Shown here: positions 11,602-20,761 of the stretch, piece by piece | Numbering within the stretch: the stretch's first letter is position 1 | How the letters are laid out: each line of letters opens with the position of its first letter | Source: Chrysemys picta bellii | Taxonomy: Eukaryota | Direction of reading: 5' to 3' | Length of the DNA stretch: 64,000 nucleotides | Assembly (NCBI RefSeq): GCF_011386835.1 | Contig: NC_088803.1 | Coordinates: forward strand, 12,090,001 to 12,154,000 | Notes under the pieces: model-generated | What the model was told of the DNA's origin: nothing | Database searches by the model: none | What the model saw: the letters and a program-made list of their open reading frames with translations, nothing else | Position numbers and translations under genes: made by a program

Positions 11602-11940
11602 AAGACACATTCTGTAATTACCAGATAACCAAAGAAATACAATTGTACACTACAGCTCCCATCAGAAATGGTTCTGTCCCCAGTCAGGGACTGGCCAGCA
11701 CCCTGGGCAGGATGGTGGAGCTGTCACAGGTCTCCAAGCATAACAAGGTCCCCAGGAAGAAGTATATGGGGTTGTGAAGGTGCCAATCAGCCACAACTAG
11801 CACAATGATGAGAATGTTTCCAGCCATGGTCATGACATAGATGACTAGAAAGAGTAAAACTTGCAAGTTCAAGGAGATTCCAGAATCCCAGGAGGATGAA
11901 TTGAATGACGAAAGTTGAATTGTGCCCTTCTTCTTTCTTT
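11602..11940 (-). pseudogene. OR pseudogene, 5' half only (N-terminus to TM3)
   Basis: VIYVMTMAGNILIIVLVVADWHLHNPIYFFLG and the TM3 segment QLYFFGYLVITEC. Cut by the Gypsy-like element, with the 3' half missing and no ATG visible. Confidence 0.85.
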
Positions 11941-12318
11941 CGAAAAAGAAATTCCTCAAACTGACTCCCTCTCCCACAAATGATTCTGGCTTCAGGAAAT
12001 CAGTATTTTTTGATGCAAAAAAAAAAAAAAAAAAAGGTCAAAAATTTCCTGAACGTCTCTATTTCTTACATCCACAAGCCCCTACACCTCCCCCCAATCC
12101 ACCTACACCCACACTGCATGCCTACATTATAGCAGGCCACGACTTAGCAGAGAAGGGATCTAAGGTAGAATTAAACCTGGGAAAGTTTTATCTGGGTATT
12201 ACTATATCTACTATATCCCATCTTGACGGACCAGATACTGGTCTCATTTATGGTTGAGTTAGTCCCGATCAACATCCCTGAGCCACATGGACTTACTCTG
12301 GATTGACACAACTCTGAT

Positions 12319-12703
12319 TAGGCTTGGCAGAATTTGATTTGTAATTTTCATAATTTTGACAGATAATATCAATGTTTATTTAAAGCACTTTTTCAATTTG
12401 TATTGATCTACATCTTCACAGTTGCAGAAAATTTTGGGGGGGAGGGGAAGTGTCAGACAGTAGAGAAGGTCAGAATATAATTAATAACAGTAAATTCTGA
12501 GGCTTATAACTATAGCTTTAAAGCTTTATAATTATTAAAACACAAATTGTCAGTCACATGTCAAAATATATAAAGAAAAGATCCTGAAATCTATAAATTT
12601 CCTCTATTATAGGAGGACATTTTTTTTTTAATCTGTTTGTGTGTGTACAGTGAAATCAAGGTTTAGGACATTTACCAATACAAATCTAATCCTTCCAAGC
12701 CTA
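12319..12703. mobile_element. MITE-like DNA element
   Basis: Terminal inverted TAGGCTTGG...CCAAGCCTA. No TSD recovered. Confidence 0.4.
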
Positions 12704-13580
12704 AGCGTAAATGTGATTAGAATCCAGATAGTAAACCAGAATACAGTTGGCTCTTTCGTGCTAAAATTGACCTATTCTGTATTGGAAATGAAGTGAAAAT
12801 GGTTAGCATTATTTCCAGTACCCATCCAATCCATTTATGGTTTCATAGATTCTAAGGACAGAAGGGAACCTTTGTATTTATGTAGTCACACGTTCTGTGT
12901 AACACACGCCATAGGACTTCCCTGAAATTACTCCTGATTGAACAAGAGCTGATCTCTTAGGAAAAACAAAACAAAACATTCATTCTTGTTTAAAAATTGA
13001 CAGTGACAGATAATCCACAGTATTAGAAAATTTATTTACTGTTTCAATTTGTCTACATTCAACTTCCAGCCTTTATGCTTTTGCCTGCTAAATTGAAGAG
13101 CCCTCTATTAGCAAATATTTGTTCCTTTTACAGGTACTTATAGATTGTGATCAAATCACCCCTTACCCTTCTATTTCTTAAGATAAATAGATTGAGCTCT
13201 TAGGCCTTGTCTACACTACGAGAGTAGTTCGATTTTACTTGCATCGAATTTTTGTAATCGATATTGCAAAGTCGAACGTGTGTGTCCACACTAAGGACAG
13301 TAATTCGACTTTGTGCGTCCACACTAACGGTGATAGCGTCGACATTCGAAGCGGTGCACTGTGGTCAGCTATCCCACAGTTCCCGCAGTCCCCTCTGCCC
13401 ATTGGAATTCTGGGTGTAGCCAGCAATGCCTTCTGGGTAACAAAATGAGTCGAGGGTGCTTTTGGGAAACTGTCGTCATCCGTCCATCACTCCCGCCCTC
13501 CCTCCCTGAAAGCGCCGGCGGGAAAACAGTTCGCGCGCTTTTCCAGTCATTGACAGCGCGGACGCCACTGTACTCCGAGC

Positions 13581-14864
13581 ATGGAGCCCGCTGCGACCAT
13601 CGCTGCAGTTGTGGCCGCTCTCAACGTCTCGCAGCTTATCATAAAGGTTTCCCTGAGGCAGATGCAGAAAAGTCAGGCAAGGAGGCTACGGCACCGCGGT
13701 GATGTCCTGAAGTCTGAGAGTAGCACAGACCTGTCAGAAAGCAGGCGACCCAGCGCCGAGGACATCACAGTGGCAATGGGTCATGTTGATGCCGTGGAAC
13801 GGCGATTCTGGGCACGGGAGACAAGCACTGAGTGGTGGGACCGCATAGTGCTGCAGGTCTGGGATGAATCCCAGTGGCTGCGAAACTTTCGCATGCGGAA
13901 GGGAACTTTCCTGGAACTTTGTTAGTTGCTGTCCCCTGCCCTGAAGCGCAGTGACACCCGGTTGCGAGCTGCACTGAGTGTACAGAAGCGAGTGGCCATA
14001 GCCCTGTGGAAGCTTGCAACGCCAGACAGCTACCGGTCAGTCGCGAACCAGTTTGGGGTGGGCAAATCTACCGTGGGGGTTGTTGTGATGCAAGTAGCGA
14101 AGGCAATCGTTGATGTACTGCTGCCAAAGGTAGTGACCCTGGGAAACGTGGAGGCGATCATAGATGGCTTCGCAGCGATGGGATTCCCAAACTGCGGTGG
14201 GGCCATAGATGGAACTCACATCCCTATCCTGGCACCGGACCACCAGGCCACCCAGTACATTAACCGAAAGGGATACTTTTCCATGGTGCTGCAAGCACTG
14301 GTGGACCACAGGGGACGTTTTACCAACATCTACGTGGGATGGCCGGGCAAGGTTCATGACGCTCGTGTTTTCAGGAACTCTGGTCTGTTTAGACGGCTGC
14401 AACAAGGTATTTACTTCCCGGACCACAAAATAACTGTTGGGGATGTGGAGATGCCTATAGTCATCCTCGGGGACCCAGCCTACCCGCTAATGCCCTGGCT
14501 CATGAAGCCCTATACTGGCGCCCTGGACACTGAAAAAGAACTCTTCAACTACCGGCTGAGCAAGTGCAGAATGGTGGTGGAGTGTGCTTTTGGCCGTCTC
14601 AAGGGGAGATGGAGAAGCTTACTGACTCGCTGTGATCTCAGCGAAACCAATATCCCCATTGTTATAGCAGCTTGGTGTGTGCTCCACAATCTCTGTGAGA
14701 GCAAGGGGGAGACCTTTATGGCGGGGTGGGAGGTTGAGGAAAATAGCCTGGCTGGTGATTACTCACAGCCAGACAGCCGGGCGATTAGAAGAGACCAGCG
14801 GGAAGCGCTGTGCATCCGGGAGGCTTTGAAAGCAAAGTTCCTGAGTGAGCAGGGTAACCTGTGA
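13581..14864 (+). pseudogene. Harbinger DDE transposase (427 codons) with one in-frame stop at 13923-13925
   Basis: GAIDGTHIP, GDPAYPL and RMVVECAFGRLKGRW catalytic motifs and an N-terminal WLRNFRMRKGTF motif. ORFs 13581-13925 and 13926-14864 are in the same frame, separated by TAG. AATAAA near 14979. Confidence 0.95.
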
Positions 14865-15613
14865 TTTTATAGTTTGTGTACTGAGAAGCTAAACCTGCCC
14901 CCGTTTCTTTACCCAGGTAATGTTGACTATCCTATCCAGTTACATACCCCCTTCACCCCCCCTCCAACACACGTGTCGAAATAAAAATAGTTCTACTTTG
15001 TTAAAGCACACCGTTTTCTTTAATACTGTTTTAGCGGGAATTTTTTAAAACTGGGACGCAGACTGTGGTGCGGGGCGGGTCTAGTGTTGTGATGCGAATG
15101 CAGCTTCTAAACTCAAGGATTGACAGGCTCCGCTGCGGTGGGATGCTTGTTTCAACGGAGCCTGTCACCCCTCCTGATCGGGACTGTGTGTATGGGAGGT
15201 CTATTTGACTTTGTGGCAGGGGGAGGACGGTTACAGATCCCATGCTGTGTGGCTCTGTGATCCTGTCTAAGGACCGGCGCTTAAGATCTGTAACTGCCCT
15301 CCCCCGCCACAAAGTCACAGAGCAACCCACCCCCCCCAACATTACATCAAAACAACCTCCCAGACTAACCGGGGCAACTAGTCACTGCATCACTGCACTG
15401 TGTATGTGCCCTGCTGCTGTGCCTGCCCCCGACTATGTACCCTGCCAAAGGAGACTGTCCTGTCCAATTTCCAACCCCCTTTCCCCTCCTCCTCCAAAAG
15501 AACATGATTGAAACAGTAGTTAACAGAAACGAATTTTTTATTATCAACTACACATGGCATTGGGAGGTGAAACTTGGACGTGGGCTTGTGTCAGGCGGGA
15601 AGGAAAGAACTTT

Positions 15614-16089
15614 TCAAATTTTGGGAAATGAGAGCCTTCTGCTACTAGAGCTCTCTGCAGGGGTGGAGTGAGAGTTAGCAGGGACTCTGCCGCCTCTCCT
15701 TCTTTGCACTTTGGGTGAGGTGGGTATGGGACTTGGTGGCGGGGGAGGGCGGTTAGAGATGGACTGCAGCGGGGCTCTGTCCTCCTGCCTCCGTTCCTGC
15801 AGAACATCCACAAGGCGCCGGAGCGTGTCCGTTTGCTCCCTCAGTAGTCCAAGCAGCGTTTGAGTCGCCTGCTGGTCTTCCTGCCGCCACCTCTCCTCCC
15901 GATCCATGTTGGCTTGGTGCATTCGGGTCAAGTTCTCCCGCCACTGGGTCTGCTGTGCTGCCTGGGCTTGGGAAGAGGCCATAAGCTCAGAGAACATGTC
16001 CTCCCGTGTCCTCTTCTTCCTACGCCTAATCCGCGCTAGCCTCTGGGAGTGTGATTCCAGGCTAGGTTGTGAGACAGTCGCAGACGGGG
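15614..16089 (-). CDS. Harbinger Myb/SANT-like protein, exon 2 (basic NLS-like and coiled-coil region)
   Basis: Acceptor ttttcccatttccacAG at 16091-16090 is phase-compatible with exon 1. The spliced product is 1053 nt (350 aa) with no stops. Minus-strand AATAAA at 15542-15537. Confidence 0.8.
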
Positions 16090-16585
16090 CTGTGGAAATG
16101 GGAAAAAGGGAGTGAATTCCTCTGAAAGATAAATGTAGTTGTGAACAAAGAACATAGTCTTTCTCTGTGAACAAGACCATGCACAGCACCTTTCACATGC
16201 GCACTCAGCACAAGGTCGAATTCTCGGCCTTCGCATTCTGTGCCTGGGGTCTTGAACAGCACATTTGAGAAGCGAGGCAGCACAACGGAATTTCTGTTGC
16301 AGGCAGACATGGTAAGCCGTACACTTGTGGCAGTTTAAAACTTTTATATTACCACTGGCCTCATTTCACATTTAAATCAATGTCAGTCCCTGCTGCCAGC
16401 AATCCGGCAAGCGGGAACTCTGCCCCTGTCCCACCCCCTCGCGGCTGTCCCCGGGAATGATCCCTTTCGGCTGCCCCTCTCCCGCCTCCACCGCGTGGCT
16501 GCAAACCAGCGGTGACAGTTCTGTAAAGGAACGGGAAAGCAGTCCCAACACTAACATTCCCCTACCTAATTAAAAGCAGGTCACC

Positions 16586-16876
16586 ATGGCCGACATCACC
16601 CTGATGAGGATCTCCGAGAGCGACAAAGAGAGAATGCTCCGGGAAAGCCTCCAAAGACCAGGGCCGTATGCCGCCCTGCTGTGCAGAGCAATGATCCCCG
16701 AGTACCTGATAATCTCGTGGCGCGGCAACGTGTCGTACTTCGGAGGACCCAATAAGGCCGCTCTCCCCAAGAACCTCATGCAACGGCTTTCAAGTTACCT
16801 CCAGGAGAGCTTCATCGAGATGTCCCAGGAGGATTACTGCTCTATCCCCGCACATATAGACCGCATTTTACTGTAG
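16586..16876 (+). CDS. Third Harbinger ORF (96 aa), putative BEN-domain protein nested antisense in the Myb intron
   Basis: Intact ATG-initiated ORF with an in-frame acceptor (AG 16578-16579), an upstream ATG|GTAAGC donor (16309-16317) and AATAAA at 17054-17059. The residue pattern aligns by eye with BEN domains. Confidence 0.6.
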   Translation: MADITLMRISESDKERMLRESLQRPGPYAALLCRAMIPEYLIISWRGNVSYFGGPNKAALPKNLMQRLSSYLQESFIEMSQEDYCSIPAHIDRILL

Positions 16877-17083
16877 CTGCAGTAGCAGGGAATACACAGT
16901 AGAGCGGCTTGTGCAGGACAATCACTGAAAACCGGACATTGCTAGATTTCTTTTCAAAACTTGCACTGCCCCTTACTAAACCGTTAAGCGCCTAGGGCAC
17001 ACTAATCATGAACAACCCATTCTTTTAATTGTTAATATTCCTGTTTTGTTAAAAATAAATGTTTAGATGTTTACAACACTTAC

Positions 17084-17660
17084 TGGCTGATCCTTCACCA
17101 GATTCTGTGTCCGGGGTAATGGCTGGGGACGCTTCGTAGGGGATCTCTGTAAGGGTGATGAAGAGATCCTGGCTGTCGGGGAAATCAGCGTTGTGAGAGC
17201 TGCCAACTGCCTCGCCCTCCTCATCTCCTTCCTCATCTTCCCCGTCCCCTAACATGTCTGAGGAACCGGCCGTGGACAGTATCCCATCCTCAGAGTCCAC
17301 GGTCACTGGTGGGGTAGTGGTGGCGGCAGCACCGAGGATGGAATGCAGTGCCTCGTAGAAACGGGATGTCTGGGGATGGGATCCGGAGCGTCCGTTTGCC
17401 TCTTTGGTCTTCTGGTAGCCTTGTCTCAGCTCCTTGATTTTCACGCGGCACTGCGTTGCATCCCGGCTGTATCCTCTCTCTGCCATGTCTTTAGAGATCT
17501 TCTCGTAGATCTTTGCATTCCTTCTTTTGGATCGCAGCTCGGAAAGCACGGACTCATCGCCCCACACAGCGATGAGATCCAAGACTTCACGATCAGTCCA
17601 TGCTGGGGCTCTCTTTCTATTCCCAGACTGCACGGCCATCACTGCTGGAGAGCTCTGCAT
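17084..17660 (-). CDS. Harbinger Myb/SANT-like (trihelix) protein, exon 1
   Basis: RAPAWTDREVLDLIAVW...RGYSRDATQCRVKIKELRQGY followed by an acidic tract. Ends at a consensus GTAAGT donor (17083-17078), phase 1. Confidence 0.9.
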
Positions 17661-18233
17661 CGTTGCCAGTGCTGCTGTGCTCGCCACGATGTCCAGACAG
17701 GAAATGAGATTCAAACTGGCCAGACAGGAAAAGGAATTCAAATTCAAATTTTCCTGGGGCTTTTCCTGTGTGGCTGGTCAGAGCATCCGAGCTCGCACTG
17801 CTGTCCAGAGCGTCAACAGAGTGGTGCACTGTGGGATAGCTCCCGGAGCTATTAGCGTCGATTTCCATCCACACCTAGCCTAATTCGACATGGCCATGTC
17901 GAATTTAGCGCTACTCCCCTCGTCGGGGAGGAGTACAGAAGTCGAATTAAAGAGACCTCTATGTCGAACTAAATAGCATCGCAGTGTGGACGGGTGCAGG
18001 GTTAATTCGATTTAACGGCGCTAACTTCGACATAAACGCCTAGTGTAGACCAGGCCTTAGAGACTATCACTATAAGGCAGGTTTTCTAATCCTTTAATCA
18101 CTCTCGTGACTTTTCTTTGAATCCTCTCCATAATTCCATAATCCACCATGGCAATGCAGACGGCTTATCACGAGTACACTGCCTGACATCCCAAGTTGCC
18201 CAACCCTGTGGTATTGAGCAGAGGTGGGGTATA

Positions 18234-18991
18234 TGTGACAGAGTCAGGCCAGATGGCTACAAGAGAATGGTCGAAGGTAGATACATTAGTTCCAGGTTAA
18301 GCAGGTCCCTTTTCCCTGGGTAAGATAACATAGCCTATTCCAGAATACTCAGGAACTTTCTAGGACTAATTAAGGCAGGCAGGCTATTAGGACACCTGTA
18401 GCCAATTGGAAAGCTGCTAGAATTAATTAAGGCTAATCAGAACACATGGTTTAAAAAGGCTCTCACTCCAGTTAATGAGGTGTGTGTAAGGAGCTGGGAG
18501 TGAGAGGACATGCTGCTGGAGGACTGAGGAGTACAAGTGTTAACAGACATCAGGAGGAAGGTCCTGTGGTGAGGACAAAGAAGGTTTTGGGAGGAGGCCA
18601 TGGGAAAGTAGCCCAGGGAATTGTAGCTGTCATGTAGATGTACCAGGAGGCACTCTAGACAGCTGCAGTCCTCAGGGCCCTGGGCTGAAACCCGGAGTAG
18701 AGGGCAGGCCCAGGTTCCCCCCAACCTCTCAACTCCTGATCCAATACAGGAGGTTCCACCAGAGGGGAAGGTCTCTGGGCTGTACCCCAACCCACATGGT
18801 GGATCAGCAGAAACTGCAGGGATTGTTCTTACTCTTTTTTCCCCATGCTGGCCAGTGATGAGATTATCTGAGTGAATGGCAGATTTGAGCCACAAAAGTG
18901 GCCAAACTGAGGAGTATTGTGACTCTCTGAGGCGAACAAAATCTGCCAATAAGCGCAGGACCCACCAAGGTAGAGGAGGAACTTTATCACA
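18234..18991 (+). mobile_element. Solo LTR-like element
   Basis: TGTGACAGAG...TTTATCACA termini inside the CR1 remnant. TSD not clear. Confidence 0.6.
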
Positions 18992-19488
18992 ATAGCTATA
19001 TTCAAACACCTATTATTTTCTAGTGCCCAACTTACTAAGTGATACAAATATCTATGTGTCACTGACTTGTCCTCTTCATTATTTACCACCTTTGCAATTT
19101 TTATGACATCTGCAAATTTTATCAGTGATGATTTTATGTTCTCCTCCAGGTCACAGATAAAAAATTAGAATAGCATAGGACTAAGAACTGATTCCTCAGG
19201 CCCCCACTAGGAACACATGCTCTCAAAGATGATTCCCTATTTACAATTCCATTTTGAGACCTTTCAGTTAGTCATTTATGAATGAATGCATTTTTAATGT
19301 AGTTTCTCCCCCCGCCCTTTTTTTTTTACATATAATGATATTTCTTTGCTGCCAAACTACACCAATGTCCCATAAATAACAGTACACATAAAACAGCTAA
19401 TATCAAAGTACACCAAATTATGTATTTTTGGTACTTACAGACCTGGGCTGAATTTTCCACCTTGCACTCTCTGCAACCTTCTCCACAC

Positions 19489-20760
19489 TGTGACAGTCAG
19501 CAGCGACCCCCCCTTAACAGCTAGCAGCCTTTATGGCAACCGGCGGCCATTAAGGGGAAGCAGAGACTTCACTACACAGTAGCCTGAACTTTTGAACTGT
19601 CTTTCCTTCTCTGTCTTGAGGCAGTGGGAGCTGGTCCCAAGCCAGTTTTCACTGACCAGATAGCAGAAGTGCAAGGTTTGTTGACCACCAATCAAATGCT
19701 AACACAACCGGAGCCTGTGTTTGAGTGTGTATAAAAGATCTTTGGCTTTTGTATGAGTTAAAGTTTTTGTACTAAGGTGCAAAGCTCTCCTTTCTTCTGC
19801 AGAATAAAGTAACCTTTTTCCTTATTCCTGTCTGGCTGTTATTGGCTCTCAGCTAGGCGAACCCGATATTTTGATAACAGTTTCTGGCACCCCAGATGGG
19901 ACCCTTCTAGCTCGGACATTGGACTCCGGACGGCTTTGGCGAACTAGGAACAGCACCAACGGGGTGCTTAACCCCTTTTTCCCCACTTCACCGCAGCCCC
20001 TGGGGTTCATGCTCCGATAAGGTGAGTCCTAATAGGATAAGGAAACACTATCTGGCTCTGGTTCTGTTCTCGTCAACTGGTTAATATATTTCTGTCTCAT
20101 ACACTTCTGTGTTAGGTGTGTGGGCAGAACTGAGCTTCTCGTTCGTAATTCCTCAGTGTGGAAGCCATAGCGTGAGAGGAAGCCCTGAGGTCGAATTGAG
20201 ACCCTTCTGTTCCGTCCCCTGTAGCAGTCGGTGTGAGCAGAAACTGACTTAGAATTTCTGGATTAGACCATAATTCCCTCCGCCTTTCCATTTAATTCTC
20301 TATTTGAGTGTCAGAGGGGGGATGGGTGGGTCTCAGAGGAAACCCTCTAAGGATAGCCCTTTGGATTATATGTTAAATAAATGGCCTTTACCTGGTGTTT
20401 AAAAGTATTCCGGTAATGGGTATAGGTGGAAAGCCATTTGACTGTTCTGTATTGCGGGAAGCTACTGTAGAAATCTCTGGTATCTCCGCCTCCCATGCCT
20501 TTTTGCTAGCTCCTGATTCCCCAGTTAATCTCTTGGGCAGAGACCTGTTGTGTAAACTGCGTGCTGAGATTTTCTTTTCGGATGACAGGATCGTCCTCTG
20601 GTTACCTCAAAACCAACTTCCCCAGCTGTGTGCTGCATTAACCCAGGCTTCAAAGAACCCAATCCTTCCTACGGGCCTGATCCTACCCGTGCAACTCAAA
20701 CAGGAGGTACAAGCCTCCCTATGGGGTACTTCAAAGGCAGACTTGGGCACTCTCTGGACA
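19489..20760 (+). mobile_element. Truncated ERV1-like provirus: 391-bp 5' LTR, Arg-type PBS, leader, gag stub fused by deletion to protease
   Basis: LTR TG...CA 19489-19879 with TATAAAA at 19730 and AATAAA near 19803. PBS TGGCACCCCAGATGGGAC at 19885-19902, donor AG|GTGAGT near 20023, gag stub [21 protein letters not shown] (20322-20402), protease C-half [19 protein letters not shown]. Confidence 0.85.
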
Positions 20761-20761
20761 G

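Larger units (their letters stand above)
13203..18056 (+). mobile_element. Near-intact PIF/Harbinger DNA transposon, 4854 bp
   Basis: 16-bp TIRs GGCCTTGTCTACACTA / TAGTGTAGACCAGGCC (15 of 16 match), TTA target duplication at 13200-13202 and 18057-18059, and convergent transposase and Myb/SANT genes. Confidence 0.97.
12850..19290 (-). mobile_element. Old CR1 remnant acting as host for the Harbinger (13203-18056) and a solo LTR (18234-18991)
   Basis: CR1-like antisense sequence at about 12850-13202, 18057-18180 and 18992-19290 reads continuously across the insertions. Confidence 0.6.

Noticed and set aside
13581-14864. Host HARBI1 gene or a domesticated MSANTD/NAIF1-type gene
   Set aside because: Both ORFs sit between TIRs with a TSD inside an old CR1, so this is a mobile copy and not a domesticated locus.
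15031-15342. 103-aa minus-strand ORF inside the Harbinger with ATTAAA downstream (possible fourth gene)
   Set aside because: No recognisable domain, it begins across a G-run and passes through the inverted repeat, and it has no supporting splice signals. Cross-family conservation would be needed to revive it.
16562-16783. Two minus-strand ORFs in the Myb intron as a possible middle exon
   Set aside because: Exon 1 and exon 2 already join in frame, these translations look non-protein-like, and they are shadows of the plus-strand ORF in GC-rich sequence.
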